Source: Priapulus caudatus
Taxonomy: Eukaryota
Reading direction: 5' to 3'
DNA: 52,117 nucleotides
NCBI RefSeq assembly: GCF_000485595.1
Contig: NW_014577063.1
Span: forward strand, 729,198-781,314
The first letter of the stretch is position 1, and each line of letters begins with the position of its first letter. The position numbers and the translations under genes were made by a program. Of the stretch, positions 10,951 to 30,759 are shown one piece after another. Below the pieces are notes generated by a model, which saw only the letters and a list, made by a program, of their open reading frames with translations, was not told the origin of the DNA and did not search any database.

Positions 10951-12009
10951 TTTTACTTTTTAATGTCAATTAGATGTTTCACTGCTGTATTCCATCTACG
11001 CTGTTTAACATAGATATATGCACCAACTATAAGACAACGCTATTAGGGGCATTATGGTTCATGATTTCTACATTATACATGTTTACAGCGCAAGCTGACA
11101 CAGGAATCTGAGGATTCCCTGGAGGATAACAAGGAGAGCTGATCGACATGCAAATGGAACAGTAAGAAGACGAGCCAAATAAGGAGCATGGCGGATCTGA
11201 AATGAGAAGAGACAAAGAAGGGCGCAAAATGGTGAAGGGCACAGGATCGGGGAGAAGACCAACTGCTCTTCAAAAAGGAACATATGACCGGAAAATGAAT
11301 TTTTTTCCATCTCTCCTCACCCATAACCAATTTAACCTCCGGCCACTCTGTTCCCCTATATGTACTACTCGTTTACTGGATCCTACTTTGGATAAACATT
11401 GCTTTCCGACGTATTTTCCTTAGTTTGGTGTTGTACATGTGCTCGATTGAAAGCACAACTTGTAAAAGGACCCAGTAGTGGCATCATCACCATTGCATGA
11501 CACGTAAACAGTTGCACTTCAAAAGGTAGCAATTGCTACATGATAACTTGCTTTGTTTGAATATCGACTTGTGGGACTTTCCTAACCCAAAAAATTATTA
11601 TTATATATAATTGAGACAAAATAATATAACAAGAAACCAATTCGATGATAAATTAGCACATACCAAATTTATTACAAATAAGCACCAAAAGAAAGTTACA
11701 CTTCATTAGCATTTCAGCACCATTTTCAAAATGAGCCTGACAAAACGGCAAGTGCCGAGACAGTAAAGGCCATGATATTCACGAGTAATACAAATAGAAC
11801 CAATGCTGACTGTAATTCTTATCATTTCTATTGCTGATATTAAATTCTTAATTAAGATCACTCATTGAGGAAGTCAGACATCGTGTGTATTTATTGCCTT
11901 ACGAAAAGAATACAATCCAATATCTCACTTTTACCGAATAACACGTACTGCCGACAATACTCTGCGATAAAAGCCAATTTCAACATTATACATGATAACC
12001 ATGCAAGAA

Positions 12010-17445
<5,436 letters not shown>

Positions 17446-17880
17446 CTTGTGCTTGCAAAGCTGTAGTACGTGTCCAACTTTGCAATTATTATTGTAAACC
17501 TGAAAAATTCAATCAGAATATAACAACAATTAAATAAATTATGATGCTAGGAGTACTCGATGGTGATTTTCCAGAAATCCCACAGAAAGGCTTATTCCTT
17601 AAAATCGACAAAAACTAGTCATAGATAGTATATACATCTACCATCATAGACTTCACTTGTTGACACCAAACAAACTTGTGAGTGTGCGTGCCTTTTGCTG
17701 ACTCAGTCACTCACTTTTGTTTTGGTGTTTGCTGTACACATCAAAATCGTCACTGTATGATTGATTTTCTTGCGGTTAGTTATTTTGACATTACAACTAC
17801 AAGTTCTCTTGGCGTAGCATTCGGCGTTGAATAAAGTCAGTTGTGATCAAAATATGTTAAATAATAATGCACTAACTAGC

Positions 17881-18399
17881 GCAGATGGGGTCGTTGTCGT
17901 ATCAGGTACTACAGATATGTACCCGAGGTAGTTTTAGGTTGTTTAGTATTGTTTATATTTTTATATGAGGTATATGTTTAGGGTTAGGGTTAGGGTTAGG
18001 GTTAGGGTTAGGGTTAGGGTACACTTCTGTAGTACAAGTCTGGTACACTTTGTGTATATATATATGTCAGGAGTAGATAATATAAATAGGTAAGCACTTA
18101 TTTCCATCCCTCGAACAGCCCTAGGTCGCTTCCGGTCTGCAGCCGCAGGTCCCACCGCGAATTTTTTTTTCACAACAGTTTTTTTCCTAACCTAACCCTA
18201 ACCTAACCCTAAACGCCTAACGCGCCGCGGCGGTGGGACATGCACATCGGAAACGACCTAGGGCGGTTTGAGGGATGGAAATAAGTTCTTACCAATAATA
18301 CTAATAGGCAATATTAATCGGGAACCCTATTATCTACTCCTGATATATGTACCTCGGGTACATATCTGTAGTACCTGATACGACAACGACCCATTCAGC
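17881..18399. mobile_element. Mutator-like MITE with 9-bp TSD, telomeric repeats and nested inverted repeats
   Basis: Perfect 43-bp IR at 17888-17930 / 18350-18392 plus imperfect outer bases; CTAACTAGC duplicated at 17872-17880 and 18400-18408; (TTAGGG)7 at 17978-18019; inner IR-bounded unit at 18089-18293. Confidence 0.82.
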
Positions 18400-18503
18400 C
18401 TAACTAGCTATCGTCTACTTATGTACTAATTTAATAAGTACTAACTAATAAGAACAGAAACCGCTTTAACCACTAACAACGTCACAGCAACACCTAAACT
18501 TAC

Positions 18504-19215
18504 AAAACTCCTTTGCGTTTCCAGCTACGTTGCGCCACTCGGCTGGAGCGAGTGAAACGAAAACTACACATAGACGGCTCACTAGCCGAATCCAAAGTCC
18601 ATTGACTCGTGCTGCATGAACTCACCACTCGTTCAATGTTTGGGATTCCAACGATATGGAGTCCGTCTACAAATGCAGTAAAACCACCTGCGGCATAGAT
18701 TACAGGTGCAGTGGAAATACACCAATTTTTAAAACGAGTGGCTATCAGTACAGTATAGATAAGTCAACTGGATTATCCTAGTTGATGTATAACTTCAAAA
18801 ACAACAACAATTTATTTGATATGTGCTCTATTTATTCGGTGTCCGTGTCGCAGGCGTGATTATCACATGCCGAGCAAGTTTTAGTCAAGTAAATAATGAC
18901 CACTAGGCGGCGCGACGTACGCACAACTCAGCGCGTAAACAGCACGAGAAGCCGCGACGCTTGTGTTGTCTGCATCGATTGCTCCGTTCATATAACCCGG
19001 TTAGGAAAATGTGACACCACTTCGATGTAAACTCGTCGGTGAAGTGAGCCGTTCTCCACAGGATGTCAAAAAATACCTTCAGAGTCAGAAACGGACTTTG
19101 ATCAGCATTGCCGTCGTCAGATGAGCGCCGCTCGACACGCACACACGCTGGAATTTCGAAACTATCAGTATCAGATCGAAATAAGCAGGCTAGCTGGTAC
19201 ACGCCTGTCAGTGGC
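18504..19215. promoter_or_regulatory. Divergent promoter / 5' UTR region shared by RNase T2 (-) and the CRIM1-like gene (+)
   Basis: Minus-strand donor GTAAGT at 18503-18498 (candidate non-coding exon 1 of RNase T2); CRIM1-like ATG at 19216; CpG-rich. The TSSs cannot be determined from sequence. Confidence 0.5.
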
Positions 19216-19519
19216 ATGGCAAGAGAATGCATCCTCTTCTTCCTCTTGTGCCTCTTCTCAGTGACTGGGGTTAGTTGCCTCACGTGTAAAAAGTGCATCA
19301 CGGAAGAATGCGTTCCCTCAGTTAACTGTACGGGTGGTACTGTCAGGGATCCGTGTAAGTGTTGTATGGAATGCGCCAAAGTCGAAGGAGAATCCTGTGG
19401 TGGGCTTCACGGAACACTTGGAGAATGTGACAAGGGTCTCTCATGTAACCGAGAGGTTAAGCACGGCGAGGCCGTTTCGGACGTGGACAGTAAGGATGGC
19501 ATTTGTCACCTAGAACAAA
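19216..19519 (+). CDS. CRIM1: CRIM1-like exon 1 (signal peptide and IGFBP domain)
   Basis: ggcATGG context; ends CAA A|gtaagt. Confidence 0.92.
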
Positions 19520-21723
19520 GTAAGTGACATATTATACAAATGCTCGATAATGTACGTTTATTACTATAGAATATGGATTTGTAAGTTAATTACTGTCGAC
19601 ATTAGGCGTTAGTTCTGTAACACCTACCTCGATCCGCACGGGTGCATGTGCAAGCCGCGGCAAAGTAGCGCGAGCTAGGGTTAGGGTTAGTTTCAGTAAT
19701 GGGAAAAACCCCAATGGAGTCGCGTCCTGCGGACACCGGGGAATGCCCCTAAAGATATGCCAAGCTTATATTTTGTAGGTTGTTGTTGATGTGTGCATCG
19801 CAGATATAGGAATAGAAGTGTGCTCACCCGTATGATTATGAGGGCGTCACTTTATAGCACCACTACAGTCTACATAATTGATTGGGTGTCTTATAAATTC
19901 ATAACATAACTAACCACGAAGTATGCGTTGGGAGGAAAAGGTCGTGTTGTGTTTTATACAACATAATTTTATACAGATAAGCATGATCTAGCTTTAATTT
20001 GCCCCCGTAAAAGAAATTGTAGCTATAGTTACGTGACTCACGGAAGTGAGAAGAACAGTTTCAATGTGAGGATCAATAATGTGCTTTCAAAGTTCGAAAA
20101 AGAGTAAGTGGTATAGGTACGCACACGGTCAGTGACTTACTTGTGTTTATAGAAGAATGAACTTTAACCCAGCTGCGCATATCGTATCGATTCGAATGCA
20201 TACTGTCAGATGCAATGTAAGGTATCTTGGCAGTTATTGTCAGCACCGTGTTAAGTCTGACTGCCGATCTTACTTTGTAAATGTCCCCATTATCTTGTGT
20301 GTTTACTAGTGCACACGATGGCATATGGTACTATATATGCATGCATGCTCGTCAGCTGTATATTGGTATTAATTGTATGTGCGCTGTATACAAAAATGTA
20401 TATAGTTCAGGACAGCTGATATGGGACACAATGCGTGCGCGCAATGTTCTATGTTATACACTTAGAACTTCAGCTGTGTAAATAACAGCTAATAAAAAGA
20501 TTGCTTGCTTAGAAATCCTCACGCAGTTTCTGAATGTATGTTACGAACGCATATATAGTATCTGCATGATCACAATGCGGGGTTTTCTGTATATGTAAAT
20601 AGAAGTGATACAAGTAGGGGAAACATCTTCGTAGAGTCTTTCCTAGATGAATCGAGAGACGTGACCGTACCTGAGCGGCAGTGGTCTCGCAGAAGGTTGA
20701 CCCAGTTTTCATGCTGTACCACTACATTGTACCCGGTAGCTTGCTATTATAGTCCGAGAAGTAGTATAATATGTATTTGCTAGGGTTAATAGCATGGTAG
20801 CACGCCGGGTGAGTAGACAGATATAGCCTATGTGCAAGTCGACTCGATTACTAAATGCATGATCAGTTTCTAGGTGTCCTAATATGTTCAACAAACTGAG
20901 GGAGAAATCATTGCAGGTCTGTCTTTTCCTGCGCGCACGTACTTAGTATAAACGCCATTACAATCAAAATGTGCATATTACTAATGTGGTGTAATACTAA
21001 TAGTAATAATATTTATATAATTATTTTTTATTTAACTTTGATCGTGTGCTGGAGTATTAACTCGCCTTCTCTTCAAATCTCATGCTGGCAGGAGCTGAGG
21101 ACAACTAATCTATCGATTATAGAACTCTGAGTTATTTAGCCATATATAATTAATATATATTATATATGATTAATAGCTCGCAGCACCCTGAATGCTCTTA
21201 GTGCTTGTGATGTGCGTGTGTAAAGGTAAACGTCCTCTGCACTAAACCAAGCATACATTCAATATGAGAGTTATTGTAATATTCCATATATCCCATCGAC
21301 AGCTGAGTATATAGTATGACAGTATATAGTATGAGGTTTGGCAGGGCTACACGAATTCACCATCACTTTGTGTACACGTTAGCATTTGTCACTTACAGAA
21401 ATTATGGTTTTTTTTTACATGATTTTGCGTTTTACAGATTTGCATAATGCAAGGATTGGATATACAGAATTGAAGGAATTTTTTTATTAGATTCATACTA
21501 ATATACAATCTTAGACTTAGGTTAATTCTTCACTACGAAAAATTCGAGTGGTTAATGCAATACAATATATGCTTTGTTTCTTCACTTACAGGTGGGTCAT
21601 GCTTTGGATGTAACATCAAGAATGATGAACGGTGCTATTGTGCCAATACTGGATGTTCAGAAAACAACCCTGTGGCCTTTAAATACAAAGACTACAATTC
21701 ATGCAAGCTAGCCCTGGAAGAAG
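19216..21723 (+). CDS. CRIM1: Cysteine-rich motor neuron 1 (CRIM1)-like protein, 3'-partial; exons 19216-19519 and 21592-21723
   Basis: Exon 1 encodes a signal peptide plus an IGFBP N-terminal domain (DPCKCCMECAKVEGESCGGLHGTLGECDKGLSC...GEAV...GIC). Exon 2 (GCNIKNDERCYCANTGCSENNPVAFKYKDYNSCKLALEE) parallels the post-IGFBP GCNI...C.C...C...F.F....C..AL segment of CRIM1. Both introns are phase 1. Confidence 0.85.
21592..21723 (+). CDS. CRIM1: CRIM1-like exon 2
   Basis: ttacag|GT GGG TCA TGC...GAA G|gtaggc, 132 nt, 6 Cys. Confidence 0.88.
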
Positions 21724-22633
21724 GTAGGCGCATCTGTTTGAGACAGACATATATATATATATATATATTATCTGCAAAACTCTAAAACACTGTAATTAAA
21801 AAAACTCTTGCATAATAGAGAATTTCTTAGATGGGCATTTTTTGTTGTGAGTGTTTTTTGCATGTAGTTAGTTGTAATGGATATACGATAGGTATTTAAA
21901 ACATGTATGAAAACATACAAACAGGTAGTTGGAGGACCAGAAAACAGTCGTACCTCAGCATTTACTGCCAAGTTGGTAACCAGCATGAACGGTTTGAACG
22001 GTTCAGCAACGGTCATGAACGGGTTAGATCGTACAAATGCTTCTAAGCATGCGGATTTGACATGTGTGCTCACCTGCCTATAGATGAATCATGAATGTCT
22101 TCAGAGATTGTGTCATATTTTTGCTATGTAGTCAAAAGACAAGCTGTCCTGTCCTTTTCTAAATAGAATCACCCATTTTTGGCAAATAGAAAAAAAATCG
22201 AGTGATTATAGAAGCCTGTTGGTAGTGTTTTGCCTTGTGGTGGCAATTTAACGAGTGACGTGTTAGTAGATGAATCGATGCCGCTTCAAAACTGACTCTT
22301 CGAATAGAAATCTCTGCATGGGTTTGTAGAAAAAGTAGGAGGAAATAGATTATGGGTCGATCGTCTATAATAGGGTCAAACGTTTAGAGCAAGTAAAGGT
22401 TCGAATCCTAAGAAAATTAATGGATGGTACACTTTTTTCAAGTACGTGCCTTACCTACCTGGTTTTATGTGATGAGAAGGTTTAAGCTTTTTACACTAGT
22501 TACACGTTGTTACGAGGCTAAATTTAATCAAGTAATGTATTTTAAATGTATTTGAAGTCTTTAGGACTAGATAAAGTTGTTAAACTTTTTCTCTGGTTAA
22601 AGTTGGAAATGTCGAAGAGTGTAAGCAGTTAGG

Positions 22634-22812
22634 TGCACGCGTGTTCGCGCGTGTGTGCGTGTGCGTGCGCGTGTGTGTATGTGTGTGCGTATGTGTGTTT
22701 GTGTGTGTGTATGCGTGCGTATGGAGTGTGTGTGCGCATGCCTGCGTGCGTGTGTGTGTGTGTGCATTCGAGTGTGCGCGTGCGTGCGTGTTTGTGCGTT
22801 TATACGTGCGTG
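22634..22812. repeat. (GT)n/(GCGT)n microsatellite
   Basis: Direct inspection. Confidence 0.9.
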
Positions 22813-23949
22813 ATTGCGCACATAGCGTCGATGTGGTGGTGGTTGCTATAGATACGGTAACGTAGCCTTGATAGATCCCTGTTCTGTCGGTGATACGTAA
22901 TATACCGCGTGTATGGTTCCCGCAGTGCCCACGCTATTCACCTAACATCGCGAGCTGATTTTACACGCCGATGACGTTTTTCACAAATGCCTTTTTATTA
23001 GTTTGCAATCATGCCGCGAACAGGAATGAGCGCTGTCTCATCTCACCAGGTGTCGGTTATGGCATGATGCGCAAATTCCGCGCATATTTCCGCAGAGTGC
23101 CGAGGGAGGATCTACGTGCGTCCTCCTCTCTTTAGCTGATGATTTACCTGTGATGTGTTTGTGTTGTGCGAGCTCGCCATTGTACGTGTAGGTAAAAGTC
23201 ACTGCCGTTTAATTATGATTTTGCTGCGGGCTTAACCAGGTAGCCTACAGTGTTATGACTCCGGTTGGGGTTTCGCATTCTTGTTTTTGTGGACAGACTT
23301 TTTTTCGGTGCTACGGCTCTTAGCCTGCCTAGCCTTAGGCTGTGCAACAGACAGCCCTGCCACAGGTTCACAAATCTTGGCCGAAGCTGTCACGCTGCAA
23401 ATATATTTCTTTTGGTGACCGCACCGATAGTGGGAATTAAGTCTGTCTCGTCCCACCAAACTGTCATTACGAGCACGTAACTGGTAGAGTTGACAGAATG
23501 AAGCGACACGTCTGTTTAAAAAAAAACACCGCGGATTCCCTTTGTAATAGTTTACGTTTATAATTTCTTTTCCTCGGGGCGAAGAAAAAAATCGACTTCT
23601 ACATGCGTCGCCGTGTGTGCACTTGTTACCGTTTTCGGGGCTGCAATTACTCACGGATACCTGCTTTCATGTACATGGCGGCTGTCACACGCGACGTTGT
23701 ACGTATGCACTGGGTAGGAGCGTCTGCCCAGCTACCTATAGCCATTATTATGTTCGGACCGTACGATTGGATAATAACTATCCAATTGAAAGGGATCAGA
23801 TTTGCGCCGGTGCGCTCGTAATAAGCCATGTCAGTTCCGGTTACGCGTTATCCTGCAGCTTGCTCGCATAGTTCGAGATATAGTACGCATAGTACCTCGC
23901 ATAGTACCTCTGCAGCTTGCTGACGCATAGTTCGAGAGGTAGGCGAAGG

Positions 23950-24157
23950 CAGTGTGTTAGCCAGAGTCCCGTCTACCCGTCTTTTGGACGGCCCATTATT
24001 GGATGAGACGGATGAAATTTGATAGAGACGGCATGAGGGCGGCCCTGCATGAAAATAAAATCGTCGCTTTTCCCCTAGGGCGCTTCGCGCCCGCAGCATC
24101 CTCGCTTCGCTCAGATGGTGAGACTCCCTGATTTTTGTTGTCCTGGCTAACACCCTG
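23950..24157. mobile_element. 208-bp hAT-type MITE
   Basis: TIR CAGTGTGTTAGCCAG / CTGGCTAACACCCTG (14 of 15 match); 8-bp TSD GGCGAAGG. Confidence 0.85.
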
Positions 24158-25057
24158 GGCGAAGGTAATAGTCGAGATGCTGATGATGATGACGACGCAG
24201 TCGTGTTTTGTCATCTTGGTGTCCCGTAGCCGATAGTGGATTGTCACCTACACGCGACATTCCTCACGCGTTCGCCGCGCGATGTTCTCCTCGCACTAGC
24301 GACCTGGCTCCGCCATAAACCCATTCCGAATCGATTCATTCACTAAACACACGCGAAGGGCATTTTTGGGAGCCGTTTGAAGGGTTCCCGCGGGCGCAAT
24401 AGATCATAGATTGTCCTCCTCCTCAAACAGACCACTCTCTCTTTATGATGATCAACCATAGTTAGTAGCACCGCGATGCGCATGCGCGCGTGTGCTCATA
24501 TATTTATACTAAATGACGCGCAGACACTTGCTCGCTGCATAAATAATTATCCAGCGTTCATCGCGAGGCGACGGGAAGTAAAATTTGCTCGCGGTAAAAA
24601 GATTGCCGAAGCGTGTTCTCAGTCGATGTCGGCAGACAGACGACTCGCATTGTCATTTCATGTAAGGTTCATTACCCCACATGATGAGCCTGGCTGAGAG
24701 CACATGTACTAGATGAGACTCGATGCCTTGCGTTTAATTTTAACCGGGGACTGTCATTGATGCGTAGAGTGGAAGGCTATACATTATGATGCTTCAGCGA
24801 CGAATTTCTTCTTTTCACAGAACGCGGCGGTGGTGACGCACCTTACTGTACATGCGCGGTAGCGCTTTGCGATGCATGTACACAGTGCATGGTTGGGTGG
24901 CTGTACATTCAAGCATGTATGTACATATGTACAGTTGTGAGCGATGTAATATGATAATAATGGAGAAAAAACCTGGAGCACAGCCTCGGTACACCCCCGG
25001 TATCCGTGCGCAGACATGTCTTGGTTTTAGATGCGCGTATTCAACGTACGAGAGCGA

Positions 25058-25969
<912 letters not shown>

Positions 25970-28380
25970 CCCCTCAAAAGGCAAGTCCACGGGCAATCAA
26001 GGCCACTTGCTGTGCTGGCGGCTCGCGGAGCCCGCCTATTTTCGGCGCTTAGAGGATACAGGTGTGAGCCAACAATACTTGTAATGCACAGGTATAACAC
26101 AGGTTTAAACCATACAGGTGCGGGTTTGCCACGGAGTATTCCGCGCAGCTCGTTGGTGTTAGTAATCTGGCTAACAAGCTCTAGGCACTTATCGTAGAAA
26201 CCACGGGGAGGGGGGCAGTGGTTCTTGGATGGTCTGACCGTGTACGGATTTCTACACGTGATTTGCCAACTGGCCCAATACTGTTTGCAAAACGTGTCAA
26301 GAATTGTGCGTAGAGTTGTTTATACTCGTTGTTTAAAAACGTTCCTAGAATAGCGAGCATAGCGTCGATTCAGGAGGGTCTCTTCCCGTAGTTATACGAC
26401 CAGTTGCTGTCCAACCATTTTCTGTCAACCTTATAATGAAGAGCATGCTAACCTTTCAGGTAGTGGTGCAGCAAGCGATAACTTATACAGGATAGACATG
26501 AGACATGTTAGTGTTGTTAGCAGTCCCATAAAGCTGTCGGCAATAAAACAATTGACATGCTACCTGGCTACCTATGACCAATGACCAGGCTACCTCGTGA
26601 CGGATGCGCCCGTATACTATCTATACTATGGGGACCGATATTAAACTTTTAAATTCTAAAATGTACCGAAGGGGTCAAAGTCTATTTACAGACCATGTGG
26701 TTTGTTTATCTCGGACAAACACCGCCATCAAGCAAACATTATTGCTATATTATAGCTAGGGCAAATAAGGAAACCTCCACGTAATCTCAGGCAGCGATGC
26801 AATCGGTATGGATTTTGACCGTGAATCCTCCGGGAAAGGTCACAAATAAACAATTTTGCTGGACCGACGAATGTACTTGATTAGCTGTTCTTGCCTTTTG
26901 CTTTTATCCCGCGACCCCTGACGTCGCCTTGCAAATAATTCCCGGAGTATTTGCGGTGTGTGTTAGAGAAAAGAATGCGATAAATTCTATTCCGAATCGG
27001 TTTGTGCAGCATCTCCGAAAGAATGCCTGAAAGCCATTCGGGCCTAATGTACATATTTGGTGAAACGTCTCAAAGCAATCTAGTCGATCTTTAGCCTGTC
27101 ACTCACTGACTTTTTTTTGCGTGGCGCTGCGACGCGAGTTATACCTTTGTTCGATGAGCGCCAGATCTCCTTGTGTATAACAATGTCTACGATCGCTCGG
27201 AAATCGTGGCAGTTAGGAAAACAACGCTAGAGTCGTAGAGCGAGATGGACGCGCATGTGTAGCTTACTAGCTTTTTCAGGAGTGTATAGTGTACGTCTGT
27301 ATTATACACTTTTGGATTTACCAATGATTTGTCCAGTTAACGCTCTGTGCTCATGCAGCCCCCATACCACAAACGATGAGAGTGTTTCAACGCAATTTCA
27401 ACCAGGGGAAACTGAAATTCCGCGATCGGAGACGCTGTTGCGCTTCGATTCGATATCGTGGTTAAATAGATTGATCCGATAACCGGGTGGTAAATTCACA
27501 TCCGTTTGAATATAAACGTACACTGCAAACTTTTGGATACCTTGTGCCAGTGTAGTAGATGTATGGCGAGCAGCAAAGGACATATTTTGAGGAGCGGTTA
27601 TAACTGAACAGAGCAGGGCGAGCGTAGCAGTTTAGGGTCAGATGATGAGTGCAGAAACAATCAATTGAAGGCCCACAAAGTCTAGTATAGAGAGCATGTC
27701 CGCGCTATCGTTGTGTTTGCCAGTGGGTCAATGGACATCACGCCTACGTCCAACAAGGTTTCCTTGCACCGTTCCTTGCACCCCTCTCACCCGTCACCCG
27801 TCGAAAACCAGTTAGGTAGACGATTATATAGAGTGCGAGTTGTTGTATTTCCAGAGTATATTCTATTCACATAGTAGTGATCCACCCGTGTGCGCTTTTA
27901 ATGCTTCTATTTTTATATACTCTCCTTTTTATAGAGGCTCTCAAAACCCGTTTATAATGACACGATGTAGGTTTCATTACTAAGGATAATGAAATTGGAG
28001 GTTCGGCATACCACGTATTAAACTGCAACGCAGTGCGCATAACTGTGAGTTTGCATAGACGATATGCTCCAATCACGTTATGGAAATTTCGTCTCTACTA
28101 TATTTGGCTGTGAGGCATACAACAGGCATGCATACAACATGCGGGCACACACACAGTGCAGCCGCGTTTGTTACATAGTAAGGTGTCATCGAGAGTGAGA
28201 GTTATTGACCAGTCTGTGGGCCACGCTTGGACCGGCTTTGGCTCTGTGGACTCAGCAGGTCAGAAGGTTAAAAGCATTTGTAGTTCGCAAAGCAAACAGG
28301 GCATCGGGTGCATGCGCGATATTATATGTGGCTCGGAGAGAGCATTCTTGTAATACATTGCCAATACGTGTACGTACTAC

Positions 28381-28446
28381 CAGGAGTTAATAAAGACAAA
28401 ATTTGTCTTTATTAAATTTGTCTTAATTTGTCTTTATTAACTCCTG
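28381..28446. mobile_element. Short palindromic insertion (transposon footprint-like)
   Basis: Arms CAGGAGTTAATAAAGACAAA / TTTGTCTTTATTAACTCCTG; 7-bp TSD GTACTAC; filler made of arm copies. Confidence 0.78.
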
Positions 28447-29854
28447 GTACTACGTATACGCCGGTGCAATACTGCACATCACTGTATTGCTATCTCTGTT
28501 CAATGAATGAATGTTCACAAAACAGACAATTACACGTGCAAGATTGCAGCGTCATATATAAACAAAATAGTAATGATATCGCCAGTGGTGGTCCGCGACG
28601 GACCATTGAGATAGCGTGGGAGGGTACATCTTAAAAATAAAGATGGAGACAATTTAGGAGAGCAATATGCTATAATTTTTGGTATATAAAATATCCCAAC
28701 TCACAACCTCGGCGATACAAAGCAGATACTATAACCTTGATATTATATGCGCTTATATATATATTAACCATTAACCGTCAACCATTAGGGAAGGAAACAT
28801 GTGTGTTCATATGTTGCTTATTAGGCCCACCTGGTTGATGTCAAAAACCAGTAGCCCATTTGTTGCTACTAGGCATTTAACGCGTATATGTGTGCGCTAC
28901 TATCCTAATTATTATTTGTAAATGTATTTTATATCTCTGCTGCATATTGTGTACGAAGATTACAATTTCAAGCAATTTTTAGTGTTCCGTCTTAGTTCTT
29001 ATGGTCAGATTACTGTGCCCCAACACACTAACACACTAACATGCCAACACACCAACACACTAACACACCAACATGCCAACACACCTTATCTTATCTTCTG
29101 GCGACGTTATTGGAGAGGGAGAAATACCTTTTTAAGGTTCGAAGACAGCCTACTACCTACTGTGAAAAAATGCAGGTGTGGCAAGAATGCTAGTAAGGGA
29201 CACCAGGCGGCCAGGGGCCCGTTGTCAGAAACATGTAAATTGTTATGATTATATCGTACGTTTAAAATGTCATAACTCTTGAATGACACTTTACTTCAAG
29301 AGTTCTGACATTTAGACTAATGATGTGCTAACTACTTATGTATATGATATGATATGATGCTTCTGACAACTGCCCCTATGATGCTTAGAAGCACGCATGC
29401 TGGTACTACGAACAAATATTCAGTGATTGGAGAACTAGCAGGTTGATGCAGGGGAAAGATGCAGGCGAACTTAATGCATAATTAATACATCGTTAATTGT
29501 TGCGGTGGGTCAAATGCAGAAGAGTGTGTTATCCTATCCGATTTTACTGTACTGTCGCTGCGTCGTAGTAAATTAGTGATATATTGTAAGGTTTCGTAGG
29601 CGATAGGAACGATGGAGCATAATACTGGTTGCAGAACCAAGTGGTGACACGTTATGAGTTTTGGTTTAGCCCCAATGGGGGTCTCGTCTGTTTATTTATT
29701 TCAGCTGGTTAGTAAGTATAAACATTCCTCTTTGCCGACTGTAATGCGCTCGCCATGTTGAAACACCCCCGTGATTGTCTTAGCGGTCGCAATACGGATC
29801 CCTCTCCTACGGATATTCCTATAAGAAATTACCACAGTCGTAATGTCTTGTATT

Positions 29855-29972
29855 ACACACACACACGCGCGCGCGCACGCACGCACGCACGCACGCACGT
29901 ACGCACGCACACACGCACACACATACACACGCGCACGCACGCACGCACGCACGCACGCATGCACGCACGCAC
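29855..29972. repeat. (CA)n/(CGCA)n microsatellite
   Basis: Direct inspection. Confidence 0.9.
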
Positions 29973-30248
29973 CGCAGACCTCCGCGCCTACATATCGTTG
30001 CCAGCTCTCGAGGCACTCATAATCATACATAGAGGTTAGGTATGCAAAGCATCGGAACGCACAAGGTGTGGTGCATGCCTGGCCCCAGCAAGCACATGAC
30101 TTGTTATTGGTAAATAGCTGGAGCAGCAGTTCCGCTAAGTGACGATAGCTGTACACACTACAACACGCGGACAAAGTGCAAAAAGGATCGCGAGATATTA
30201 TTAGAGCTGACCATCGCATCTCACACAGACTCGTCAGCAAAACTGTAC

Positions 30249-30288
<40 letters not shown>

Positions 30289-30759
30289 CACACATATATA
30301 TGTATTTTGAAATACTAGTACAGCTTCAGTGGTGGTCATTATTAGAAAACCTCCACACACCCTGCACACTTTCAGCGGGTTGTGCGTTTCCAGAATGCCC
30401 GCACGCAAAAACGCGCCCGACCGGTAGTAGGTATGGAAAGGGATACCGCTTGAGAACTAACATGGAACAAATCAGGCCAGTCGTTGAATACTGCTGACGC
30501 CGGAGAATAACCACTCTGGAGCGTGGGTTAGAATGCCGCTAAAAAGTGGGCTCCCAACTTACAAGTAAACAGTTGAAAGCAATTACTTGTTTTGAGGAAA
30601 GCCGATGAAGTGTTTAACTTCTGAAGTGCTGTTATAGTTTGTGCGTAATCATGCGACTTTTGGATTCTGAAATGGGCACCGGTGCACCCGAATACGTTTA
30701 GTAGATAATATCGGCTACCGTATTGGTATGCTGGAGATACCGGTGAGTAATGTGGTCGT

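Noticed and set aside
11027..11423. Overlapping ORFs with a good minus-strand acceptor at about 11198
   Set aside because: No recognisable protein in any frame and no partner exon, and RNase T2 already ends at 12010. It could be UTR or a TE remnant.
17978..18019. True telomere or chromosome fusion site
   Set aside because: Only seven units, enclosed within a TIR/TSD-bounded element.
19108..19215. N-terminal extension of the IGFBP-domain ORF in the ORF track
   Set aside because: It starts at TTG; the ATG at 19216 has good context and directly precedes a signal peptide.
26391..26459. TSCCPTIFCQP peptide ending at a GT, candidate CRIM1 exon 3
   Set aside because: The nearby AG acceptors are in the wrong phase for the phase-1 donor, there is an in-frame stop just upstream, and it has too few cysteines.
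29701..29850. Strong plus-strand acceptor TTTATTTATTTTCAG at 29704
   Set aside because: The phase-1 reading hits TAG after two codons and there is no CRIM1-like peptide. A micro or terminal exon cannot be excluded without transcripts.
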